Positions 40,450 to 52,675 of a DNA stretch of 64,000 nt are shown here, piece after piece. Source of the stretch: the human T2T-CHM13v2.0 reference genome, Homo sapiens. The DNA is taken from assembly GCF_009914755.1 (NCBI RefSeq), contig NC_060947.1; one strand, given 5' to 3'. Numbering within the stretch: position 1 is the first letter of the stretch; every line of letters starts with the position of its first letter. The position numbers were made by a program, and so were the translations under genes. The notes under the pieces are model-generated. The model was not told the origin of the DNA, ran no database searches, and saw only the letters and a program-made list of their open reading frames with translations.

Positions 40450-42073
40450 GTTTTTTACAACTCAAAAAACTGAAACTTTATTCATGTTAAATATCAGCTC
40501 CCCATTTCACCCTCTCCCTATCTCCTGGCAAGTACCATTCTACTCTCTGCTTCTATGAGTTTGACTATTTCATACCCCACACATAAATTAAATCAGAATG
40601 ACAAATCAGTATTTGTCATTCTGTTACTGTCACTTCATTTAGCTTATTGTCCTCAGGGTTCATCCATGTTGTCATACATGGCAAGATTTCCTTTTTTTCT
40701 TTTTCCTTTTTTTTTACAGCTGAATAATGTTCCATTGTACTATATGCCACATTTTCTTTATCTATTTATCCTTTCATGGACATCTGTTTCTACACCTTAG
40801 CTATTGTTTGTAAATGGTAGTGTAGTGAACATGGGTGCACGGATATTATTCCCAAATTCAGTTCTTTTGGGTGATTATCCAGAGGGGCAGTTGCTGAAAC
40901 ATATGAAAGTTCTACTTTTAATTTTTGTGAGAAGCATCCATACAGCTACCTATGGAGGCTGCATCATTTTACATTCCTAACAGAAGTGTACTAGGTCTCC
41001 AATTTCTCCACATAAACAATGCTTATTATCTTTATTTAAAAGCAAAAACTATCCTAACAGGCGTGAGGTGATATCTAATTGTGCTTTGGACTGGCATCTC
41101 CCTGATGATTAATGAAGTTGAGCATCTCTACGTATACCTGTTGGCCGTTTGTGTTTCTTTTTTGAAGGGATGTCTGTTCTGATTATTTGCATATTTCTTA
41201 ATTACATTATTTTATTTATTTGCTATTGAGTTGTAAGATTACATTATATATTTTAGATATTTGGATATTTTGGATATTAATCTTTTATTACATATATGGT
41301 TGGTGAGTATTTTCTCTCACTCTGAGTTGTTTCTTTGCCTTGTTAATTCTCTCCTTTCTGGTGCCAGAAATATTTTGGATTGTAATAGTCTCACTTGCCT
41401 ATCTTTGCATTTATTATTTGTATGTTTGGTATCAGGTTCTGGACCACTTACATGAAACTTTCTCCCTGTGTTTTTTTCTGGGAATTTTAGTTTCATGTTT
41501 TATGTTTAAGTCCTGCTCCATTTTGAGTTGACTTTTGTATGTGGTGTAGGAGGGGGATAGGGGAGTCCAGTTGTATTCTTTCACATGTGAACATCTGATT
41601 TTCCCAGCACTATTTGTTGAAGGGACAGTCTTTTTGCCATTGTGTATTCTTGGCACCCCTTGCCAAAGTCCATTGATCATATATGCATGGCAATGTTTCT
41701 GGGCTCTCTAGTCTGCTCCATTGGTTTGTATATCTGTCCTTGGTCCAGTACCATACTGTTTTAATTACCTTTTAAATTATTGTCGTTTTGTAATATGTTT
41801 TGAGATCAGGAGGTGTGATGCCTCCAACTTTGTTTTTCCTTTTCAAGATTGTTTTGGCTATTCGGTGTCCATCACCATTTCATATAAATTTTAGTATTGT
41901 CTATGCTATTTTTGTAAATGCTACTTTGGGATTTTGATGGGGATTGCAATGAATCTTGGGATTGCTTTGAGGGAGTGTGGACATTTTAACAATATTAAGC
42001 TTTCCAATCAGTGTCTTTTCATTTAACTGTGTCATCGTTAATTTTCCATTAAAGTTTTACAGTTTTCAGTGTG
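40450..42073 (-). mobile_element. Older L1MA/MB fragment (ORF2 C-terminus and 3' UTR); probable 3'-transduced cargo
   Basis: 'ctggcaagtaccattctactctctgcttctatgagtttgact' and 'gagatcaggaggtgtgatgcctccaactttg'; lies inside the L1PB TSD pair. Confidence 0.8.
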
Positions 42074-43199
42074 ATAAAACTTGCAATAGTTATATCAACT
42101 TGTCAATTTCAGAATTTATTCATTGTTTAATAAAATAATTTAACAAATGATACAATATTTTTCATATAAAATAAAATATTTAACAAAATACACTGAAATT
42201 GCCTAAGCATGGATTACTACCAAGCAGTTTAGAATTCAATCTTTGGCAACAGCAATTAATGAAAGACATAATTTTAAAGCAAGGTGTTCCTTATGTACTT
42301 TATCTTCTTAAACTTCAGTTGGAAACTATATATCTAACAACTCAGTTTTCATTAGAAAGTTGGCTATAAATTCTCTCTGGCCATTGTGCGGGATTTAAAC
42401 TCTGGGCTATGTCACTACAGTGTTATTTGCATAGCAGTTACTGAACTGAGTTTCCAAGCTGTGTTCTGTAGAATTACAAAAGTTTCAGTGGGGGCAGGGT
42501 AGGGTGAAGTTGAGTGTAAAGCAGGAGAGTGTGAGCATCTTATCCTACTCCCCCTGCTACCAATAAGGACAAGAGTCCCTCTCTTCTCTTTTTAATATAT
42601 TAGAATCCTGGGTAAGATTCCAGTGGAAAATACACTGTTACAGCTTAAAGAAAAAAGTACCAAGCTGCTCAGTTCTTACTTCTCACTACTTTGCTATACC
42701 TTACAAGAATAATGGCACTGTTCATATTTTCAGCAGTCACTTTTCTCTTTCTTTCCCATAGTTTCTCTTATACTCCACTGAGTTTTCTAATTTTGAACTT
42801 TGAATCCTGTGTCTTGCCTCCTTCATGCCCAGTTGAGAAGGAATATAAATAAAGGAAATACACTACATTTCCCTATGAGATGTCCCTCTAACTCTGTGAC
42901 TCTACTTTCGTAATCATCAGGATTTCCCTGAAAACTTGAGTATCTACATAAACAGAAAGAAAATGAAACTAATATTTATGAAACTGTCTACTGTATGATT
43001 TTACATAGTATTTATTCTCACCATGTGAGATACTTCACATGCATTCTCCCTTTTACATACACTACCTTACTCCCCCTTCCAGTAGGTGTACTAAAATAGC
43101 TAATGCCTTTTTTTTGCTTCTTGGAATGTGGAAAATAACTGTGTCCCTGACTAAATTAATTGAGTAACACTCTAAGGTATTTCATTCACATATAGGCTG

Positions 43200-43685
43200 G
43201 TCTAAGATATGTGAAGGTTACCCTAAGCAAGTGACTTTCGGGATAAGATCTGAAGGATGAAGATGCATTAACTAAGAGAAGGAGAAAGCAGGAAGAACAA
43301 TCCAGGAAGAAGGAGCAACATTTCAAAGGCTCTGAATCAGGCAGGAAGCAAACAAAGCCAGTGATGCTGGAGGGAGCCGAACAAAGGAGAGAATGGAACA
43401 AGGTGTGATTGAAGAATTAGGCTGAGGCCACACCATATAGAACACTGTAGGCTATGATAATGATTTTAGTTTCTGTTTTAAAAGGAATATGAATCAATTG
43501 AAGGGTTACATGCTAAGGGGAGAGGGAAGTGCAAAGTGAGGTATGACGATCAGATTTTTTTTGAACTGACCATTCTGGCTGTCATGGTGTTTTGATTGGA
43601 TGAAGACAAGGGTGGATGTGGGGAGACTAGTGAGGACAGAATTTCAGTTGTCTAGGCAAAAGATGATGGTGACATGGAGTAAGTA
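43200..43685 (-). mobile_element. L2 fragment
   Basis: 'agatctgaaggatgaag' and 'gggagactagtgagg...gtctaggcaaaagatgatggtg'. Confidence 0.7.
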
Positions 43686-43729
43686 TTAAATACTCTGACT
43701 TCCCATCTCATTCTTCCATGCAAAAGCAG

Positions 43730-44238
43730 TTACCTCCAAATGTGTGCTGATTTATTCTCCATTCCCTCCTCTGCCCTGCTTAGATCCACTTTGTGCTTTT
43801 TTCTGCTCATCATGTGTTCTTGAGATGGACCCTTGCTGGATGTCTTCTGGGTGGATTTTAGCCCATAGGAGGTATCAGTGGGACATTTGTGGGTGGAAAG
43901 AGAGAGAGAGAAGTTAGAGTAGCATTTCTCTTCAACTCACTTCTTCTGTACTGCTTCTCTGGAGGTAGTTGCATTCCTCCACACTTACAAGTCCTGCTAG
44001 CTGGCCTTCTCTCCAGGAATCCAGCTGTTATTGATCTCCGGAAACACACTTCCTTCTCTTCACCTCTTCAGAGCTATAGATAATCATGGCTTCCTTCTGC
44101 TGCTAGTCTCTGGATAGTCAGCATCCATTGTTGGTTCCTCTAATCTTTCTCCAACTCTGTAAGAGGTCTCTTCACTAATGTCCTTTCATTTGAACCACCT
44201 AAGGTGAAAGTTATTTTCTGCTAGAACCATGGTTTTAC
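43730..44238 (+). mobile_element. LTR33-like ancient ERVL LTR
   Basis: 'ggtggaaagagagagagagaagttagagt' and 'ctcttcagagctatag...ggcttccttctgctgctagtctctgg'. Confidence 0.55.
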
Positions 44239-46272
44239 AAAGTACATTTAAAATAATTATTTTGGGAAGACAAACTTAAAATACTGAGGAGGGGAAACAG
44301 ACCATACCTATAGAATGCCAAATGTCCATATAAAAAGTGAAAACCTAAATTGTTCTAAACTAACTTGAAGTAAATCCCTACCCTTTGAAGGTGAAATTTG
44401 GTCAAACAATAGCCTTAGACAGCACATATCAGGAATAGAATACGGGACTGCCTAAGTTCATAAGAATATTTAGATGAATAGAAACATCTGTAGACAACAC
44501 ATCTAGTTTAGTCCAATTCTCATTCATTGCTGTACATATTTTGGCCATGTAAGTGGAATGAGTTAACTTTGATCAATTATTTCCTCTGTTTGACATATCC
44601 TCAGGCTACTGAAGGGAAATCTAGTCTTTTTTTTTAGTTTGTGCAGGACAATGGTGAGTGGATGAGAAAGTAGCTTCTAATACAAGCAATGGTATAACAT
44701 TAGAAACATAATGACCCTAGGTCAGCCTTACAGACACAGAGGAATAAATAAGCCATTTGTAGGAGTATAAGAGGAAAACCATGTTAAAGATCTCAGAATT
44801 CAATTTCTATATGCATTCCATTTACATTAGTCAGTCCCCTCTTAAATGGGTATATTCCTTTTCTAATTCAATGTATGTATATTCTTTTGGCACACACATT
44901 CCCAAATACCATACTAGTTTCTTTGAAGAACTTATCAATGATCCAAAGAAAGATATAAAATGTTGATGAGAAAATGCACTGCCTAAGTAATATATGCTCT
45001 ATATTTGGCTGTTCCTTTTGCTTGCCAATAAGTATACTACATCTCAACAATAAACAAAGAACACTAGACTGAAGTACTGAAAACAGGTTAGTTGATACAT
45101 GCCATTCTTAGCTTAAACTTTAAGACAAAATTCTTACATTCCATTATAAAGTGATAGTAAAGAAAGAATGTAACATTTGCAAAAGACCTTAGTCTCCATT
45201 TCACTACCAGTTGCCTATACTTTTTCAGGAGACCCCATTTTATGCAGAAGAAACTTCTAGGGTCTTCAAAATCTCTATTGAGTACTCAAGGACAATACAC
45301 TCCTGCAATGTCCTTAACAATTTTACACCTCAGAAAAAAAAAGTAACTTTTAGAAACGGAATCCAACTTCTTTTCAAGGCTCAGTACAAATCACAAAGCC
45401 ATTGTTAAGGGCTATTATTCTCCCATGTGACAAAAAAAATTATATATACTTATCCTTCAGTTTTATGGAAGAAAATAAAAAGGCAACTATTAAGATGAGC
45501 TTTCTAAGAATGTATAAATGCCATCCAATATACATGAACATGTGCTAAGGCCTATCCCTACTCACCAGCTCAAAATTGCCACTGTGCTATCTGGAGAAAA
45601 TTTATCTCTTTGGGAGATTTGTTCATTTGGACTTGCAGCATAGGAGCTTGAATATGCTAAACAGAGGCTTTGCTTTGTTTTTATCCATTTTTTGGTCATA
45701 GTGAAAGCCCTTTATCTGCACATACAAAGCCATGTTCCATGAGCAGAGGCTCCTAGAAATATCTGTTACCCCAAAGAAAGATGTACGTACAATTTAAAAT
45801 GGAATCATAATGCACTTCAAGTCTTTTGAGTTGAGATACGAGCATATTGCAAATGGGATAATTTAGTTAAGTCAGTTATTTGGCCACAAGCTGAAACCAC
45901 TAGCCCAGGCAAATAACTGTCAGTAATATGTTGGTCAGAACTGGAGCCAAGTGTGTTGAATGCATTCTCATCTACAACACATACACTGAGAGGTTTTCAG
46001 TTGTGTCTTATAAAAACAAACATGGAACTACTTGTTCTAAAAGAGGAATTTTTAATTTTTGAAGTCCACTGAATATCTTAGGTTGTATCTTGTGTGAAAT
46101 GAAGAATGGAACATCCTATGTAAGTGAGAAAAAGAACCTTTGGCTCATTAACTCTAATTCTTGGAAGAAGTAAGGTGCTATGGGGCTAGTCCTAGAGGGA
46201 ATGCATTAGGGATTACTATAGCGGAAAAGTATAACACACAGTTTTTAAAAAGATATAATGAAGACAAAAAAA

Positions 46273-47102
46273 GGCGTTTCTCAAAAGAAGTTACACAAGC
46301 AGCCACCAAACAGAAGATAAATGCTCAACATCATTAATCATCAGAGAAATGCAAATTAAAACTACAATGAAATATTATCTTACACTGGTCATAACGACTA
46401 TTTTTAAAAATTCAGAGAACAACAGTTGTTGGCATGGATGCAGAGAAAAGGGAAAGCTAATACACACTTGGAGGGAATGTAAATTAGTTCAGCCTCTGTG
46501 GAAAATTGTATGGAGATTTCTCAAAGAATGAAAAATTAGGTCTACCATTTCATCTAGCAATTCTACTATGGGTTATCTGTCCAAAGGGAAATAAATCACT
46601 ATATAAAAATACACCTGCATTCATATGTTTATCACAGCAGTATTCACAACAGCAATGTCATGAAATCACCCTAAGTGTCCATCAGCTGCTGGTTAGATAA
46701 AGAAAATGTGGTATATGTACACCATGGAATGCTCTGCAGCCATTTTCATAAAATGTTATGAAGTCACGTCCTTTGAAGCAACATGGATGGGGCTTGAAGC
46801 CATTATCCTAAGTGAAATAACTCAGAAACAGAAAATCAAATACAACTTTTTCTCACTTATAAGTGGGAGGTAAACAATGGGTACAAATGAACATAAAGAT
46901 GGAAATAACAGACACTTCATACTCCAAAAATGAGGAGGTTAAGAGGGGGCAAGGGCTGAAAAATCACCTATTCGTTACAATGTTCACTGCTTGGGTGATA
47001 ATACATTAGAGGCCCAAACTCCATCATTATACAAAACACACATGTAACAAACCTGCACATGTACTTCCTGAATCTAAAACATAAAAAATTGAATAAATAA
47101 AA
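46273..47102 (+). mobile_element. L1PB3/4-type 3' end
   Basis: ORF 'MQIKTTMKYYL...ECKLVQPLWKIVWRFLKE'; 'aacaaacctgcacatgtacttcctgaatctaaa'. Confidence 0.88.
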
Positions 47103-47199
47103 GATTATAACAACCAACATGACCTAACAAATATTTATTGAACTGTATATACCAAAACTGCAATAAACATATCAAGCCATAAAATATGTTCCACTCTAT

Positions 47200-47870
47200 T
47201 TATATTTATATTTTTTATTTTATCTATATATTCTTGTTTAATTGACACATTATAAGTATATATATATATGTAGAGTTCAGTTTGCTGTTTCAAGACATGT
47301 AAATGTGGATCAAATCAGGGTAGTAACTATATCTATCACCTCATATGTTTATCATTTCTTTGTGGTAAGAATATTCAAAAACCTTTCTTCTAGTTAGTTT
47401 GACATATACAATACCTTTCTGTTAACCGTAGTCAGGATTTTGTGCAATCGACATCAGAGCTTATTCCTCCTACTTAAATGGTATCTTTTTACCCATTACC
47501 AACCTCTACCCATCTTCTCCTTTACCATTCCCTCCCTAGTCTCTGGTAACAAATGTTCTATTCTCTGCTTCTATGAGATCAACATTTTAAAAATATGTTT
47601 GTAAGTGAGATCACGTGATATTTGGCTTTCTGTGCCTGGCTCATTTCACCTAACATAATGGCTTCCAGTTTCATGTCTATTGCCACAAATGACAGGATTT
47701 CATTCTATTTTATAGCTGAATAGTATTCAATTGTGTATATATACCACATGCTCTTTATCCATTCATCCATTGTTGGACAATTCATTGATTTCCTGCCTTG
47801 GCTATTTTGAATAGTGCTGCAGTAAATACGGAGGTGCGGGAATCTTTTTGACATACTGATTTTTATTTAC
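47200..47870 (-). mobile_element. L1MA (4-6) 3' end
   Basis: 'gatcaaatcagggtagtaactatatctatcacctca' and 'ctgaatagtattcaattgtgtatatataccaca'. Confidence 0.8.
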
Positions 47871-50010
47871 TTGGAGCCTGGAGACTGGCCACCATGCCCA
47901 CCACATCCTGAACCCATGCACACCAAAAGCGGGCCTGAAGACAGGCACACACAGTCAGGCATCTCCCCCTAGTGCCCAAGTATGCTGCCTGTGGGCTTGT
48001 CCACCACCACTGACACCTATAAACTCCTCTCCCTGGGGCATGAGAATGTGCCCATCCAGCCTGTCACCACCACCACCACCACTGGCACCCACGCAAACAT
48101 GCCACCTAGGGGTCTGGAAACTAGCCTGCCCAGCCAGTCACAGCCACTGCTAACACCAGCACAAGCCACTTGGGATGCTGAGAGTTGTTCTACCACAGTT
48201 ACTGCCATTGCCCAAACAATGTATTCTTACTAGGGGCTCAAGGACCCACCCACATACCCAGTCCACTACTGCCACTGCTGGCATTCAAGTAAGCCACTTG
48301 GAAGACCAATAATTGGCCTTCCAGGTCCTGCTAACACCAAGGCCTACATATAACACCCTGGGGCCAAAGAACAGGAACATTTGGCCTGCCATTGCCACCA
48401 CTGGGGCCCAAGGACTTGTTAATCTGGCATCGTCATCCCCAGCAAAGCATCAACACAGCCTCCACTAACAACAGCAGCCTAAGCCACTGAGAAAACCACA
48501 GATACCCACCGTTGTTCTTAACAATGAAATAAATTATACAGAGACTGCCCTGCTGCATACACCAAAAATCAGAAATAAAGTGCCCTATGCAACCCAAACC
48601 ATAGATACATCTTTATAAAAATCTTTCTCCTACAAAAGCCAATCCAAAACATTAAAAGTGACTGTTATACCAGATATACAAATATCAATGTAAGGTCACA
48701 AAAAACAAGAACAAGCAAGGAAATACAACACATCCAAAGGAACACAATATTTTCCCAGCAACAAGTTCCAATGAAAAAGAAATTTGTGAAAAGCCTAAAA
48801 AACGTATTCAAAATAATGATATCAAAGAAGCTCAGGGAGATATGAGAGAACAAAGATAAATAATACAAAAAAATCAGAAAACCAATCAGGATACTAATGA
48901 GAAATTTATCAAAGAGATACAAATCCTAAACAAGAAACACACAAAAATCCTAAAACTGAAGTATTCAATGAATAAAATAAATAATAAAATTGAGAACTTC
49001 AACTATAGACTAGATCAAGTAGAAGAAACAATTTCAGAACCTGAAACACAGGTTTTTTTCCAAATAATCCAGTAAGATTAAAAAATAAATAATAAAAAAA
49101 TGAAGAAAGCCTATGTGGCATATAGGACACCATAAAATGACAAGTTGTGCAAATTTTGGGTGTTGTAGAAGCTGAAAAGAAGGCAGAGGCATTGAAAGCC
49201 TATTTAACAAATTAATAGCTGAAAACATGCCAACTATATAAAGAGTTTTAGACATGGGAATGCTGGAAACTCAGAGATCCGCAAACATAGACAACTCCAA
49301 AATGTCTTCTGCATGAATATCTCCTATATGGCATATTACAGTCAAACTGTGAAAAGTCAAAGACAAAGAGATAATTCTAAAAAATAGCAAGACAAAAGCA
49401 TCTAGTCACATAAAAGGGAACCCCTATCAGACTAATGCAGATTTCCCAAAAGAAACCTTAAAGGCCAGGACAGAATGAGATGATATATTCGAAGTGGTTA
49501 AAAAAAAAAAAAAAAAAACCTGTTAGCCAAGAATACTATATGCAGCAAAATTATCCTTTATAAATGAAAGAAAAATAAAATCTTTCCCATTCAAGAAAAA
49601 TGGAGGAAATTAATCACCACTGAACTTGCCCTACAAGAAATACTTAAAGGAATCCTATACCTGGAAGTGAAAGGATCATATCTGCTATCATAAAATACGT
49701 TAAAGTTTAGAACTTATAAAAATTTAAAGCATGTAAATGAGGAAAAGGAAGGACTCAAATGTTACCACTACCACTGCAGAAACCACTGAACTGCAACAAT
49801 AAACAATCAGAGAGAAAGAAAGGAACAAAGAATATCCTAAAAAACAGAAAATAATTAACAAATGACAAGGAAAAGTCTGCACCAATCAGTAATAACCTTG
49901 AATGTTAACAGATTAAATTTTCCACGTCAAAGGTATAGAATAGCTGAATGGATAAAAAATGGACCAACTACACCCTGCCTACAAGAAATTCACTTCACCT
50001 GTAAGGACAC

Positions 50011-50410
50011 AGATAGAGTTTGGATATTATCCCCTCTAAATCTCATGTTGAATTGTAATCCTTAATGTTGAAGGTGGGGACCGGTGGGAGGTGTTTGGAT
50101 CATGAGGGAAGATTTGTCATGGCTTGGTGCTGTCCTTGTGATAGTGAGTGAGTTCTCACTATCTCTCTCACTGTGAAAAAGTATATGGCACCTCCCGACG
50201 CACCCTTTTGTGCCCACTCCTGCTATGTGACATATGCTGCCCCTTCACCTTCTGCCATGATTGTAAGCTGCCTGAGGCCTCACCAGAAGCAGATGCTGGT
50301 GCTATGCTTCCTGTACAGACTGCAGAACCATGCCTCAATTAAGCTTCTTTTCTTATAAATTATCCAGTCTGAGGTATGTTTTTATAGCAACAAAAGAATG
50401 GCCTAATACA
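50011..50410 (+). mobile_element. MSTB-type solo LTR, TSD GACAC
   Basis: 'caccagaagcagatgctggtgctatgcttcctgtacag'; GACAC at 50006-50010 and 50411-50415. Confidence 0.92.
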
Positions 50411-51412
50411 GACACATATAGTTTGAAAGTGAAGGAAGGGAAAAAATATTTTCCATGCAAGTGGAAACCAAAGGGAGCAAAGGCAGCTGTACTTACATTA
50501 GATAAAATAGACATTAAGTCAAAAAGGTAAAAAAAAAAATTAAGGTCATTATATAATAATAAAAAAGATGAATTATGCAAGAGGATATAACAATTCTAAA
50601 TATATATGCAATCAACATTGAACCACTCAGATATATAAAGCACAGATCAGTAGTTCTAAAGGGAGAGATAGACTCCACTATAATAACAGTTGGGGACTTC
50701 AGCAACTCACTCAGCACTAGAGAAATTATCTAGACAGAAACTCGACAAGGAAACATTACATTTAAATGGAAATTTAAATCAAATGAATGTAATAGACATT
50801 TGCAGAATAATTTATTCAACAACTACACAATACATCTTTATCTTAACAGTACATGGAATATTCTCCAGGAAAGATCATATACTAAGCCACAAAACAAGTT
50901 TCAACAAATTTTAAAAACTCAAAATTATATAAAATATCCTCTCAGGTCACAATGGATTAACAACACTAAAAATCAATATCAAGAGGAACTTCGGAAACTA
51001 AACAAATACATAAAAATCAAACAATATGCTCCTGAATGACCACTGGATCAAGAAAGAAATTAAAGTGGAAATCAAAAAATTTCTTGAAACAAATGAAAAT
51101 GAAAACACAAGATATGAAAACCTATGGAGTATAGCAAAAGCAGTGTTAATACCAAAGTTTGTAAGCAATACAAAACACCTTCAAAAACAAATCAAAGTCA
51201 AAATTAGTAGAAGGAAAGAATAATAATGATTAGAGCAGAAATAAAAAAATAGAGACTAAAAAATACAAAAGTCCAATGAAACAAAAACATGACTTTTTGA
51301 AATGATAGAAAAATCAATTAAACATTCATTAGACTAACCAACAAATACAGAGCAAATACTCAAATGAACAAAATAAGATATTAAAAAGGAGGCATTAAAA
51401 GCAATATAATAG

Positions 51413-51960
51413 TGTATTAGGATTCTCTCGAGGGACAGAACTGATAGGATATATACATATATGAAAGGGAGTTTATTAAGGATAATTGACTCACAAGATC
51501 ACAAGGTGAACTCCCATGATAGAACATCTGCAAGTTGAAGAGATAGGAAGCCAGTAGTGGCTCAGCCCAAGTCCCAAAACCTCAAAAGTAGGGAAGCTGA
51601 CAGTGCAGCCTTCAGTCTGTGGCTGAAGGCCTGAGAGCCCCTGGCAAACCACAGTTGTAAGTCCAAGAGTCAGAAAGCCGAAAAACTTGGAGTCTGATGT
51701 TTGAGGGCAGGATGCATCCAGCACGGGAGAAAGATGAAGGCTGGAAGACTCAGCAAGTCAGCTTCTTCCACCCTGCTTCTGCCTGCTTTTTCTAGCTGCA
51801 TTGCAATGGTGCCCACCCACATTGTGGGTGGGACTTCATGAGAGTGGGTTTTCCTCTCCAAGTCCACTGACTTAAATGTTAATCTCTTCTGGCAACACCC
51901 AGAAACAATACTTTGCATCCTTCAATCCAATCAAGTTGACACTTAATATTAAGCATCACA
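51413..51960 (-). mobile_element. MLT2A (A2-like) HERV-L solo LTR
   Basis: 'tgtattaggattctct...gggacagaactgatagga' to 'caatccaatcaagttgacacttaatattaagcatcaca'. Confidence 0.88.
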
Positions 51961-52675
51961 CACAGAAACACAAAAGAGCATCAGAGACTATCATGAACAG
52001 CTATACACTAACAAACTGGAAAACCTAGATAAAATGAATAAATTACTGAACACATAAAATCTAATCAAGATTGAACCCAGAAAAAAAAAGCTGAAAACCT
52101 GAACAGACCAGTAATGAATAATGAGACTGAATCAGGAATTCAAAAACATCCCCCAACAATGAAAAGCCTAGGAATGTGTGGCTTCACTGCCAAATTCTAA
52201 CAAACTCATACAGAAGAGCTAACACCAGTTTTCCTCAAACTATTCCAAAAAAGGAAGAGCAATGAATTCTTCCTAATTCAGTCTATGAGGCTACCTGAAC
52301 CCTGATACCACAATCAGACAAAGAAACAACAGATAAAACTAAGGGTTAATATCCTTGATGAACATAGATGCAAAAATAATCAACAAAATACTAAAGAAAA
52401 CCCAACTGAACAGCACATCAGAAAGATCATTCACTATTATCAAGTGGGATTCATTCTAGGAATGCAAGGATGGCTTAACACACAGAAATTGATAATTGTG
52501 ATAGATCATATCAATGTAATGATATGATGCATGTCAATGTAATGAACAAGACAAACCATAAAATCATATAAATAGATGCAGAAAAAGAATTTAATGAAAT
52601 TTAATATCCCTTCATGAAGAAACCTCTAAACAAACTAGGCATAGAAGGAACATGCCTCAACATAAGAAAGTCCAT

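Larger units (their letters stand above)
47871..52675 (+). mobile_element. L1MA/L1M3-type element (5' UTR, ORF1, ORF2 up to RT) with two nested LTRs; cut off at the MSTB provirus
   Basis: ORF2 start 'SVITLNVNRLN...PTTPCLQEIHFT'; 'LLNDHWIKKEIKVEIKKFLETNEN'. Confidence 0.85.

Noticed and set aside
44868-45408. ORFs and acceptor-like sites on both strands in a unique island
   Set aside because: Weak donors, conflicting strands and no recognisable protein motif.
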